Source: an uncultured Planctomycetota bacterium | GTDB taxonomy: Bacteria > Planctomycetota > Phycisphaerae > Tepidisphaerales > Tepidisphaeraceae | Assembly: GCA_963841915.1 (NCBI GenBank) | Contig: CAWJEN010000005.1 | Location: 192,001-256,000 of the forward strand | Direction of reading: 5' to 3' | DNA length: 64,000 bases | In this document: positions 36,912 through 46,562 of the stretch, one piece after another | Position numbering within the stretch: position 1 is the first letter of the stretch | Layout: the number at the start of each line of letters is the position of its first letter | Notes under the pieces: model-generated | Told to the model about the DNA's origin: nothing | The model's database searches: none | Seen by the model: only the letters and a program-made list of their open reading frames with translations | Translations under genes and position numbers: made by a program

Positions 36912-36985
36912 GGGGTCAGCCCCCTCGGGGGCAGAATAAGGGGGGGGCAGAATAAGGGGGGGCAGAATAAGGGGTCAGACCCCTT
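36904..36985. repeat. Cluster of GAATAAGGGG(TCAG) repeats with two GGGGTCAG(A/C)CCCC palindromes
   Basis: Four GAATAAGGGG copies; the first overlaps the RloC-like stop codon. Confidence 0.9.
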
Positions 36986-37817
36986 GAACCTACCGGCATT
37001 CCACGCGAGGTCAACGCCGTGCGGGTCCGCCACCGTCGAGGTGAATACGGGTGGTGCGATGCTTAGCAGGCGACGTGGCTCAAGTGTCTCGAACGCGACG
37101 CGGCGTCGTTCACGCGACGGTCGCCGCAGGAACGCTGCCAGCAGCGCCAGCGGGGCGACGACGCCCGTCGGCTCGGGGACGTAGAGCGAGGCGACGATGC
37201 CGAACGTATCGGTCGTGCTTGCTAAGAAAATCTCATAACCGGCCGTCGAGTCGGTGACGATATAGGCCACGTCGAGCTGCGTGATGTCGGCGGACGCCGG
37301 CAGTTCGTAGTGGCCGTAAACAAAGCCGCCGAGGAACCAACTAAACGGCCCGCCGACGTCGGGCGGGTCCGCGTAGGCGACGAGGGGCGTGCTGGGCAGC
37401 GGGCTGTTGGCGATCCGCTGATCGAACAGCGGGTCGACCTCCGAGATGTTGACGTTGAACGCCTCCGGCGGCGGCGTCAGCACGTGGCTGTCGAAGTTCA
37501 TCGCCGACGGCACCAGGTTCTGCGCGTCGTCGACTGGGCTGGTGGCGGTGTAGTTGCCGGTGCCGGTCGGGTCGGTCCAGCGTTGGTGCAGGTCGCCGAA
37601 GGCGGCACCGGCGATCTGGTCCTGCCCGGCGGACGCCCATGTAGACGAGCGTGATGGGGTCGTCGCTGGTGACGCGGAGGGTGAAGCCGCGGAAGCCGTC
37701 GAGGGTGGTGGTGCCGTCGGTGGGCGTGCCACGATCAATGACGTCGATCGTGATGGCCGCCGGTGCGGCGGGGGCGAGGGCGAGGCTGGCAAGAACGGCG
37801 ATGAGGAACTTCGGCAT
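36986..37817 (-). pseudogene. PEP-CTERM exported protein, frameshifted near 37630, running into a truncated LEPRxLL segment
   Basis: Signal peptide MPKFLIAVLASLALAPAAPA; VPEPT-hydrophobic-RRPSRERRR; then FETLEPRRLLS. Confidence 0.75.
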
Positions 37818-37970
37818 GGCGGCAGGCAAGGGACGACGGCGCAGGCGACGCCCCAAGGTACCACGTCCCGCCGCCGCACCAACGACATTTGGAGGATCCT
37901 CACGGAACCTTCACCTGCCCCGCCGCTGCGTTACAGACGACGGACATTTGCTTCCGTTGCAGATAGGCTC

Positions 37971-38005
37971 CTGACCCCTCGGTTCCGCCTGACCCCTTAG
38001 TTCCG
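37971..38005 (-). repeat. Two GGGGTCAG-type repeats on minus strand (CGGAACTAAGGGGTCAG / CGGAACCGAGGGGTCAG)
   Basis: Inverted relative to CGGAATAAGGGGTCAG at 36904. Confidence 0.8.
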
Positions 38006-38040
38006 CCCGCCGCGACCCGTGCCACCTTGCCGTGACGACT

Positions 38041-41000
38041 TCAAGAAGCCGTCGCCGGTTGCTCTGCCTCGTAGCCCTTCATGAGCAGGTTGCGCAGCGT
38101 CAGCAGCAACGGCTCGGGCTCGATGAACACGGCCGGGGGGCGGAGGTAGATGGTCTTTTGGTCGATCACGCGGAGGGTGCCGGGGGCGCCTTGCAGAGCC
38201 TGTTGGGCGCGGGTCGCGTCGCGGACGCCGAGGGCGACGTCGGGGACTTGGCGAACGATGCGGTCGATGCCGAAGTGGCTGGCGAGGAGGCGGAGCTCGG
38301 TCAGGGCGTAGACGACTTCCATCTGTCGCGGCGGCTCGCCGAAGGCGTCGGCGACGTCTTGTTTCAACTGGCGGATCTCTTCGATGGTCGTGCAGCGGGT
38401 CAGGCGGCGATACAGGTCCATCCGCTGGCGGTCGTTGTGGACGTACGTCTTGGGGATGAACGTCGTCACGTCGATCTCGACGTGGGCCTCGGGCTTGGTC
38501 GCGATCGGCTCGTCCTTGAGCTGGCGCGTGGCGTCTTCGAGGAGCTGGCAGTACATCTCGTAGCCGACGGTGGCGATGTGGCCCGACTGCTCGGGGCCGA
38601 GGATGTTGCCGGCCCCGCGGAGTTCGAGGTCACGCATGGCGATTTTGAAGCCGGCGCCGAGGTGGGAAAACTCCTCGATGGCTTTGAGCCGTTTGGCGGC
38701 GACTTCAGTCAGGACGCGGTCGGCGGGCAGGAGCATGTAGCAGTAAGCCCGGTGCTTGTACCGCCCGACGCGTCCGCGTAGCTGGTGCAACGCGCTCAGG
38801 CCGAACCGGTCGGCCCCGTTGATGAACATCGTGTTGGCGTTAGGAATGTCCAGGCCGCTCTCGATGATCGTCGTGGCGACGAGCACGTCCGCCTCGTGGC
38901 GGATGAACTTGAGCATGACTTTTTCGAGCTCGCCTTCGTCCATCTGGCCGTGGCCGTAGATGACGCGGGCGTCGGGGCACAATCGCTTGATCATCGCCGC
39001 CTGTTCTGCGATGTCGAAGACCTTGTTGTGGACGTAAAACACCTGCCCGCCCCGCTGCAGTTCGCGGTTGATGGCGAGCCTGATGCGTTCCTCTTCGAAG
39101 CTAAGGACTTCCGTCACGATTGCCCGCCGATCCTGCGGCGGCGTCGTTAGGCTGCTGATGTCACGGAGGCCGACCATGCCCATGTGCAGCGTCCGGGGAA
39201 TGGGCGTGGCCGACATCGTCAGGACGTCGACTTGCGTGCGGAGTTGCTTGAGTTTTTCCTTGTGGGTGACGCCGAACCGCTGTTCTTCGTCGACGATGAC
39301 GAGGCCGAGGTCCTTGAAGTGCGTGCCCTTGCCGAGAAGTTTGTGCGTGCCGATGACGATGTCGATGTCACCCGAGGCGAGTGCGGCCTGGATGTCTTTG
39401 GTTTGCCGTGCGGTCTTGAAGCGGCTGAGCGATTCGATCGCGAACGGGTAGGCCTTCATCCGCTCCTTGAAGGAGCGTTCGTGCTGCTCGGCGAGCACCG
39501 TCGTCGGCACGAGCACCGCGACCTGCTTGCCGGCTTCGACGGCTTTGAATGCGGCTCGCATGGCCATCTCGGTCTTGCCGTAGCCGACGTCGCCGCAAAG
39601 GAGGCGGTCCATCGGCCGCGGCTTGGTCATGTCGCTCTTGATGTCCTCGGCCGCCGTGAGCTGATCCTCCGTCTCGCTGTACGGGAACTCGGCCTCGAAC
39701 TCCTTTTGCCACTCGGTGTCGCTCGGGAATGGGTGGCCGACCTCAGCGGCACGGCGAGCCTGGACCTCGAGCATCTCGGCCGCCATGTCCATCACGGCTT
39801 CGCCGACCTTTTCCTTCTGCTTCTCCCAAGCGGTGCCGCCGAGCTTGGAAAGCGTCGGGTGCCCGCTGAAGCCGCCGACGTACTTCTGGACGAGGTTGAT
39901 GCGGCTGGCCGGAACGTACAGCGCCGCATTCTCGGCGAATCGGAGCGTGAGATACTCTTCCTTGCGGCCCTCCTTTTCCATCGTCTGCATGCCGGTGAAC
40001 TTGGCGATGCCGTGGGCGACGTGGACGACGTAATCGCCGACGCTGAGGTCGAGGAACGAGTCGATCTGCTTGGTGGTGCCCCCACCGACGCCCTTGCTCC
40101 TGACGCGCCTTCGCATCTCGTAGCGGTGGAACAACTCGTGGTGGCCTACCAAAGCGACGAGAGATGAGGAACGAGCAACGGGTCCAGAGGCGTCCGCTCC
40201 GGCCTCGTTGCTCAATCCTCGTTCCTCGTCTCTTTCATCCCCCCAGACGAAGCCGCGGTGGAGGTAGCCGATCGGTGTGTCGATCCGCTCGCACGCACCG
40301 GGAGATTCGGCCTCGAGTAGTTCGCACAGCCGCGACTGGTCGCCGCTGTTCTCGCAGAACACGGTCACGCTCTGCCGGCGCGACAGCTCGCCAACTTCTT
40401 CAAGCGCTTTCTTCGACTCCGTCTCGAACATTTGAAGGCTGCGCACCGGCAGCTTCAGACTCTTCACGTAGTCGGCCGCGGCATCGTTGACCAGGCTGAC
40501 GTAGCCTTGATCAAACTGACTTGCCTCGATCGTGGGTCGCTTGCCGATGAGCTTCAGCACGCTGGCCAGCGGGTACAAGCCACGCTGATCAGCGGCTTTC
40601 GTGAGGTAACTTCTGGCCTGTTCAGCAATCTCAAGTGGAGCCCAGAAGAAGACGATCGCGTCGTCCGGAACGAACTTGAGCACGCTGGTCGAACGGCTTT
40701 CGTCGACTTTCCCCTTCAGGTCGACGAACTCGACGGCCTCCAGCGTTCCCTCGCTGCCGAGCGTGTCGATGTTGAACCGCTTGAGCGTCTCGACCTGGTC
40801 GCCGAAGAAGTCGACCCGCACGGGCAGGCCGAGCTGTTGCAGCCCGCTGCCGTCGACGGTGCCGAATTTGCCTGGCAGGTAGACGTCGATGATCCCGCCG
40901 CGGACGGCGAAGTCGCCTGGGACTTCCACCTGGTCGAGACGGTTGTAGCCGTGATCGCTGAGCCAGACGATGAGCTTCTCGGGCTCGATCTCCTGGCCAG

Positions 41001-41511
41001 GATGGAGGTTAAAGGTGAGGTAACGCAGCTCGTCCGGCTCAGGCACAGCCTGCATGAGCGCCTGGATCGGAGCGACCAGAATAGCCGGTGCGTCACCGGG
41101 CTTGGCCAGGCGCGTGAGCAGACGGATACGATCACTTACCAGCTCCTCCGACGCCCCGCCCAAGCCGGCACTGGTTTCTAATGCCGCTAGAATCTCGGGT
41201 CGCGACCCGCTGCCGTTGAAAAGTTCGATGTCGTCGGCGAGATCATCGGCCTCGTCGATGTGCCCGCAGACCACGAGCATCGGCCGCTCCGTGTGCCGAT
41301 GCATGGCCGCGGCGGTGAGTGCCACGCTGCTGCCCCACAAGCCACTGATCAGCGTGGCCGAACCTGCTTTGACGTCTCCAGCCATCGCAACGAGGGCCTG
41401 ATCGCTCATGAGATCGCGGATGACTTCTGGCGGAACGGGCGACACGTCCTGCGATGGGATGCGACTTTTAAGCTTCTTTGCGGGCTCCTTAGCGGCAACG
41501 GAGGACGGCAT
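38041..41511 (-). CDS. mfd: Transcription-repair coupling factor
   Basis: GDFAVRGGIIDVY, GDYVVHVAHGI, CGDVGYGKTE, DEEQRFG, SATPIPRT, QLRGRVGR, TRCF C-terminus. Confidence 0.98.
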   Translation of the reverse strand: MPSSVAAKEPAKKLKSRIPSQDVSPVPPEVIRDLMSDQALVAMAGDVKAGSATLISGLWGSSVALTAAAMHRHTERPMLVVCGHIDEADDLADDIELFNGSGSRPEILAALETSAGLGGASEELVSDRIRLLTRLAKPGDAPAILVAPIQALMQAVPEPDELRYLTFNLHPGQEIEPEKLIVWLSDHGYNRLDQVEVPGDFAVRGGIIDVYLPGKFGTVDGSGLQQLGLPVRVDFFGDQVETLKRFNIDTLGSEGTLEAVEFVDLKGKVDESRSTSVLKFVPDDAIVFFWAPLEIAEQARSYLTKAADQRGLYPLASVLKLIGKRPTIEASQFDQGYVSLVNDAAADYVKSLKLPVRSLQMFETESKKALEEVGELSRRQSVTVFCENSGDQSRLCELLEAESPGACERIDTPIGYLHRGFVWGDERDEERGLSNEAGADASGPVARSSSLVALVGHHELFHRYEMRRRVRSKGVGGGTTKQIDSFLDLSVGDYVVHVAHGIAKFTGMQTMEKEGRKEEYLTLRFAENAALYVPASRINLVQKYVGGFSGHPTLSKLGGTAWEKQKEKVGEAVMDMAAEMLEVQARRAAEVGHPFPSDTEWQKEFEAEFPYSETEDQLTAAEDIKSDMTKPRPMDRLLCGDVGYGKTEMAMRAAFKAVEAGKQVAVLVPTTVLAEQHERSFKERMKAYPFAIESLSRFKTARQTKDIQAALASGDIDIVIGTHKLLGKGTHFKDLGLVIVDEEQRFGVTHKEKLKQLRTQVDVLTMSATPIPRTLHMGMVGLRDISSLTTPPQDRRAIVTEVLSFEEERIRLAINRELQRGGQVFYVHNKVFDIAEQAAMIKRLCPDARVIYGHGQMDEGELEKVMLKFIRHEADVLVATTIIESGLDIPNANTMFINGADRFGLSALHQLRGRVGRYKHRAYCYMLLPADRVLTEVAAKRLKAIEEFSHLGAGFKIAMRDLELRGAGNILGPEQSGHIATVGYEMYCQLLEDATRQLKDEPIATKPEAHVEIDVTTFIPKTYVHNDRQRMDLYRRLTRCTTIEEIRQLKQDVADAFGEPPRQMEVVYALTELRLLASHFGIDRIVRQVPDVALGVRDATRAQQALQGAPGTLRVIDQKTIYLRPPAVFIEPEPLLLTLRNLLMKGYEAEQPATAS

Positions 41512-41596
41512 GGAGCAGCGTAGGAAGCGGCAGACGCAACATGGCTGGCATCAATTTGGCTGCTCGCTGCTGCTTTGCATGGTGTAGCTTTACCTT

Positions 41597-43006
41597 GTGC
41601 TAGGGCTAAACCACGTTGTCGATTTCGTCCTGGCCAAGCGCAAAGACGTCAGCCGCGGGCCGGTTCGCCTTTGGATCGAGCGGCTGCGCGACAGCTTCTG
41701 GTTTGTACCGAGCCTCTTCGCCGGGACGGCCACCCTGATGGGCATGATGATGCCTTACATCGATGCGGCCATTGGCGATGAAGAGAGCTCACGGACGTTT
41801 GCCTTCACGTTCGACTCGGGTGCGGGTGGCGCACGGCTGATGCTACAAAGCATCGCCGGCAGCTCGATCACCGTCGTGGCGACCGTCTTTTCGATCACGA
41901 TTGCCACACTCGCCCTCACCAGCGGGCAGTTCGGCCCACGCTTGCTCCGCACATTTGTCGTCGACCGCGGCATCCAGCTTTCGATGGGCACGTTCCTGGC
42001 GACGTTCCTGTATCCGTTGCTCGTGGTAAGAACCGTCCAGACGCCCGACGAAGGGGGCGGCGACGGGTTCGTCCCGCACATCAGTGTCACGCTGGCCATG
42101 GTGCTCGGCGTCACGTCCGTCGGCGTGCTGATCTACTTCATCCACCACCTCGCCCTGCTCATCAGGGCACCGCACGTGGTCGAAACGGTCGGAATCGAAC
42201 TCGACGACGCCGTCGACAGCGTGCTGCCACGCGGAAGATCGCTTGATCGGCAAGGCGAACTGCCCGAACCACCACAGGGCGTCTCGCGAACCGTAGTGGT
42301 CCGAGCGCGCACCAGCGGCCACGTATCGTTCATCGAAGAAGGCACTATCGCACGTTTAGCGCGAGACTGCGGCACGAGTATGTGGCTCATCGTCAGGCCC
42401 GGCAGCTACGTCTACGAACGCACGCCTTTGCTCGTTACAACCGCTGACGGTGGAGCGTGCCTTGACGATGACACGCGGGAAGAAGCACGCGACGCCTTCC
42501 ATATCGGAGATCGACGAACGATCACGAGCGACGTCTTCTTCGGCATCGATCAGCTGACCGAAATTGCACAGCGGGCGATGAGCCCGGGCATCAACGACCC
42601 GTTCACCGCGTGCGGATGCGTCGACCGACTCGGGGCAGCCCTCAGCCGTGCAGCAGATCGAAAGCTTCCCGCACGCGTCGGCAGATACGACGCGGAAGAC
42701 GAGCCCACCAGCCTGCAAGGCGAAGGCGAGTTGCGCCTCGTCGCGTTTCGACCAACTTGGGCAGATCTAGTTGCCGGGGCGTTCGACCCGATTCGAAGAT
42801 ACGGTACCGGCGACGCGTCCGTGATGTGCCGACTGCTCGATGCTTTGACCCGCCTCCTCGACGCCGCCCCACCCGAACGTCACACTCCACTTCAAGAGCA
42901 AGCTGACGCTGCTATCGCTGCGGTTCGAAAAACAGACGTCGATGATCGTGACAAGTCGCTTGTCGAAAAAGCGTACGCGAGGTTCGTCCGAGCCATTCCT
43001 ACTTGA
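41597..43006 (+). CDS. DUF2254-type membrane protein
   Basis: SFWFVPSL, SGQFGPRLL, EIAQRAMSPGINDPFTA. Confidence 0.85.
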   Translation: MLGLNHVVDFVLAKRKDVSRGPVRLWIERLRDSFWFVPSLFAGTATLMGMMMPYIDAAIGDEESSRTFAFTFDSGAGGARLMLQSIAGSSITVVATVFSITIATLALTSGQFGPRLLRTFVVDRGIQLSMGTFLATFLYPLLVVRTVQTPDEGGGDGFVPHISVTLAMVLGVTSVGVLIYFIHHLALLIRAPHVVETVGIELDDAVDSVLPRGRSLDRQGELPEPPQGVSRTVVVRARTSGHVSFIEEGTIARLARDCGTSMWLIVRPGSYVYERTPLLVTTADGGACLDDDTREEARDAFHIGDRRTITSDVFFGIDQLTEIAQRAMSPGINDPFTACGCVDRLGAALSRAADRKLPARVGRYDAEDEPTSLQGEGELRLVAFRPTWADLVAGAFDPIRRYGTGDASVMCRLLDALTRLLDAAPPERHTPLQEQADAAIAAVRKTDVDDRDKSLVEKAYARFVRAIPT

Positions 43007-43041
43007 CGCTGGAGCGGCACGGGCTAAGCTGCCCTCCTTGC

Positions 43042-43115
43042 GGGCGATTAGCTCAGTTGGCTAGAGCGCATCCCCGACACGGATGAGGTCACAGGTTCGA
43101 GCCCTGTATCGCCCA
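43042..43115 (+). tRNA. tRNA-Val(GAC), CCA not encoded
   Basis: Full cloverleaf GGGCGAT..GCTC/GAGC..CATCC-CCGACAC-GGATG..ACAGG-TTCGAGC-CCTGT-ATCGCCC-A. Confidence 0.95.
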
Positions 43116-43589
43116 TACCCCCGCAAGTCGTTCTCACAACTTAATTTACCGATTCGGGCGGTACCGGACGTTGATTGATCCGCACTTTGCGTGATTCGCA
43201 AGTTGCAGCTTCGTCGTCTCGGACTTAGCGTCAGGCGGATCAAACTAGTCTAACGCGTCAGCGGCCTGCCCGTACGAGCAGCCAGGAATGGTGGCTAATT
43301 TGTACGACACTCATCCAACTCCTCAGCGGCGTCGCTGCTCCCATTGATAGCCGTTGCACGTTGCCGTCGCAATGAAGCCGCATTGGTCGGCCAATGCATC
43401 AGAGGCCGACCTGGCTTGGTCGAAGCTCGGCGAGCTTCTCGTGATTGGGGTCAACATGTCTTTGTACTAACAGCCGCCGCGGCAACCCGCCGTGACGCTG
43501 AACGATCAGGAACAGGTTGAACACGAGCTTTGCCGAACCTCCACCTCCCGCCCAGGCTTTGGCGAAGTGTGGCCGTTGATAATGCGCAT

Positions 43590-43630
43590 GAGAAAGGGCC
43601 GGAACAAGTCACTTCCGGCCCTTCGTCTCA
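43590..43630. terminator. Hairpin downstream of epsI
   Basis: AAGGGCCGGAA / TTCCGGCCCTT stem. Confidence 0.55.
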
Positions 43631-43648
43631 GCAATTCACCTAGCGGCG

Positions 43649-44371
43649 TCACACGGCGTCGGCCGACGGACCATACCCGTCGAGAATCGCCCTCAGAGCC
43701 GGCATCGACTCCCGCATCACGCTTTCGAAGGCATGTGCCCGAGCCTCCTCGTCCATGCCGCCGTAGAACAGCACCTGCACCTGCCCCCCGCCGTAGACAC
43801 GGCCGGTTCCTTGTCGCGCGAAGCTGCGGAGCGACTCCATGTCGCGGCTCGTCTTGCCGTTGGCTTGGAGCATGAAGTTGTAGATGACCACCGGCTGCTC
43901 CTCATCGCCGCCAGGCGGCACCATTCGGTAGATCGTGCCGCGGATCGGCAGTTCATCCACCGTCCAGTCAGCCTCGTCCCGGCTAATGATTTGCCAGCCC
44001 TGGCCGGGGTAACACGCAGGCGGGTAGTGGTTCAGTAGGTTTGCGATGTCGCTCGTCTGAACGAGCAGAAGGCTCACCGTCCCACGCCCGCCGAGCGATT
44101 CGTAGCTGCGCGACACGAGGACGTTCGGCTTCAGCATGTCCACCGCCTGCGTCGGCACAGGCACGTCGCTGCCGATCCAACCACCGGGCAGCGTGTACGG
44201 CACCTCGTCCGCCGCCTCGCGGGCTTGGGCGAAGTACGCCTCCGTCACCTTGCTCGGCCCAGACGATTCACCACGCATCGCTGCGTAAAGGAGCATCGAT
44301 GTTGTTACCGCCACTGGCAGTCCGAGGTTTAACAGAAGCCCGTGTCCAAGTCGCTTCTTGAAGCCGCTCAT
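43649..44371 (-). CDS. epsI: Exosortase-associated EpsI-family protein
   Basis: W.G.D, L.P...VSRSY, HYPPACYPGQGW; coupled to exosortase. Confidence 0.85.
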   Translation of the reverse strand: MSGFKKRLGHGLLLNLGLPVAVTTSMLLYAAMRGESSGPSKVTEAYFAQAREAADEVPYTLPGGWIGSDVPVPTQAVDMLKPNVLVSRSYESLGGRGTVSLLLVQTSDIANLLNHYPPACYPGQGWQIISRDEADWTVDELPIRGTIYRMVPPGGDEEQPVVIYNFMLQANGKTSRDMESLRSFARQGTGRVYGGGQVQVLFYGGMDEEARAHAFESVMRESMPALRAILDGYGPSADAV

Positions 44372-45288
44372 GAAGCTACCTCCAGACTCCGGCTACCGCC
44401 GGGTGTTGCCTCGCGATGGATCGGCACGCCGAGGAACTCGAGCAGCGAAGCAAATCCGGTGAGCAGGAGGTACCCAATAAACAGCACGCCCCACCCGGCC
44501 ATGTCATGAAAGGCTTTGGCTGCTTCGTCGCTGTAGTTGCCGTAGACCCACACCGTCGGCACGAGACGAATCACGTTGCAAACCAATGCCAAGAGAGGGC
44601 TGAGTAGCAGGATCAGCAACCTGACCCACCAGCGGTATGGCGTGGCGAAGGCAAAGGCGACTGCCACGAGCGCGAGCGCCCAGATCCCGCGGATGCCGGC
44701 ACACGCTTCCTCGACCGTCACCTCGACGCCGTTGATCGCCAAGAGATTGCCCGTCCGCTCCACCGGAATTGCCATCGCCGACAATGTGACCTCCGTCGCC
44801 ACCGCGGCAATGTCCATCAGCGGGCTCGCCGCTTGCTGCACGACGTGCGGCGGCAGCGGCGTTAAAAAGCCGAGCACGAAGAAGGCCGGCAGGAACTTGA
44901 CGAGTGCCTCACGACCCACGACCGTCACGAGAGCCCCGACGATGATGAGCACAGCCCCGAGGTGGTAGGCCAGGAACGCCGTATACTGGCTTCCGAAGAA
45001 GAAGCCCAGCAGGCCCACCAGCGTCAGCACGCAGCCGATCCAAGTGGATCGCACCAAGTAATTATGCAGCCGCTGGCGTCGCACGAAGACGAGCCACGCC
45101 GCAATGACGGGGACGAGGATCAGGTGGCTCGATTCCGAATCGCTGATCGCCCGCTTCGCCAGCAACGCCCAAGCGTCGCGGGCGACGTACCAGCCGAGAC
45201 CCAGCAGCACGACGGCTGCTAACCAACGCAGTGGCACGGCGCGGGTTCGTCCATGCTGGGCGGGAGGATGGAGTGCGACCTGCGTCAT
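44368..45288 (-). CDS. Exosortase (PEP-CTERM sorting transpeptidase)
   Basis: Multi-TM; SH..LVP, EEACAG (Cys), NVIR (Arg), FHD (His). Confidence 0.93.
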   Translation of the reverse strand: MTQVALHPPAQHGRTRAVPLRWLAAVVLLGLGWYVARDAWALLAKRAISDSESSHLILVPVIAAWLVFVRRQRLHNYLVRSTWIGCVLTLVGLLGFFFGSQYTAFLAYHLGAVLIIVGALVTVVGREALVKFLPAFFVLGFLTPLPPHVVQQAASPLMDIAAVATEVTLSAMAIPVERTGNLLAINGVEVTVEEACAGIRGIWALALVAVAFAFATPYRWWVRLLILLLSPLLALVCNVIRLVPTVWVYGNYSDEAAKAFHDMAGWGVLFIGYLLLTGFASLLEFLGVPIHREATPGGSRSLEVAS

Positions 45289-45330
45289 CTCTGGGGTTCG
45301 ATCATGCCACGTGATCTTGCCCGAGGCTAC

Positions 45331-46539
45331 TCAACCGCCCGCTTCATCGCCTCGCCGCAGTACGTCCTGAATCAATTTAACGCAGGCCTGCGAGGTCTGC
45401 TCGATGTGGAAGTGTGACAACGCCCGCTCTCGCCCAGCTGCCGCCATTTGCTGTCGCTCCTCCGGATCCCGCAAAAGCCGCACCATCGCCGCCGCCATTG
45501 CCTCGGCATCGCCCGGCGGCACGAGCAGGCCCGTCTCGCCGTCCACCACCGTCTCCCGCACGCCGCCCGCGTCGGTCGCGACGACCGCCCGCCGGGCCGC
45601 CATCGCCTCAACGACGACCTGTCCGAACGGCTCGGGCGTCGTGCTGGCGTGGACGACGAGCGTCAGCTTTGCCAGGGCGCCCCACACGTCGTCGGCGAAC
45701 CCGGCGAACTCCACGTGACCCGCCAGGTCGCCGCGCCCGGCCCGCTCGCGAAGCGCCGCCTCGACGTCGTCCTCGCCGAACAGGGCCGACCCGATGATCC
45801 GGAAGCGAACCTGCGGCAGCTCACGCCTGACGATCGCCGCCGCCTCGAGGAAAACGTCCTGCCCCTTCCACGCCGCCAGCCGCCCGACGATGCCGACCAC
45901 CGGCCCCCCCGGCCCCCCCACATCATCCCCGAACCCGTCGCCCTCCGGCTCGTCCGCGACCTCGTCCGGCGGCACGACGCCCGAGTAGACGACCCGCGAC
46001 GGCTTGCGGCCGCCCAGCCGGACCGTCTCCAGCGTGTGCTCGCTGTTGGCCGCGACGCCCTGCGGCACGAGCCGGCACAGCCGCCGAAAGACCGGCACGA
46101 CCTTCGCCGGCAGGTAGTCGGGCATCACCCGATCCCGCACGTGCCAGATGCAGGGAACGCCAGCCATCCGCGCCGCCAGCCCGCCCAGCACGTCCGCCTT
46201 GAGCGTGTTGCAGTAGACGAGGTCGGCCCGCTCCTCGCGAATCGCCCGCGCCAGCCGCCGGACGAACCCGATAGCCGCCGGCACCTTCGCGAGCGACGAG
46301 AGCCCGACCCCGCCTTTCTTCGCCGCCCGCACCGTATCGCTCAACGGCACGACCCGCGTCGGACACCCGGCCGTTTTCAGCCTGGCAACGAGCGGCCCGT
46401 CCTCGAACAGAATCGCCCGCGGCTCAATCGTCGAGTCGTTGGCGAGCTGGCCCACCAGGTTGGCGAGCGCGATCTCGCCGCCGCCGAGCTTCGCCGTGTG
46501 GTCGAGGAACAGGACGCGAATCGGCTCGGCTGCGTCCAC
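45331..46539 (-). CDS. Glycosyltransferase family 4
   Basis: GGGE, GRL..WKGQ, EPFGQVVVEAMA. Confidence 0.93.
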   Translation of the reverse strand: MDAAEPIRVLFLDHTAKLGGGEIALANLVGQLANDSTIEPRAILFEDGPLVARLKTAGCPTRVVPLSDTVRAAKKGGVGLSSLAKVPAAIGFVRRLARAIREERADLVYCNTLKADVLGGLAARMAGVPCIWHVRDRVMPDYLPAKVVPVFRRLCRLVPQGVAANSEHTLETVRLGGRKPSRVVYSGVVPPDEVADEPEGDGFGDDVGGPGGPVVGIVGRLAAWKGQDVFLEAAAIVRRELPQVRFRIIGSALFGEDDVEAALRERAGRGDLAGHVEFAGFADDVWGALAKLTLVVHASTTPEPFGQVVVEAMAARRAVVATDAGGVRETVVDGETGLLVPPGDAEAMAAAMVRLLRDPEERQQMAAAGRERALSHFHIEQTSQACVKLIQDVLRRGDEAGG

Positions 46540-46562
46540 GACGTTGGAGGGTGGCTCCTGCC

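Noticed and set aside
43116..43648. Gene or island remnant downstream of tRNA-Val
   Set aside because: No convincing ORF, tRNA 3' repeat or integrase seen; only a hairpin near the epsI end.
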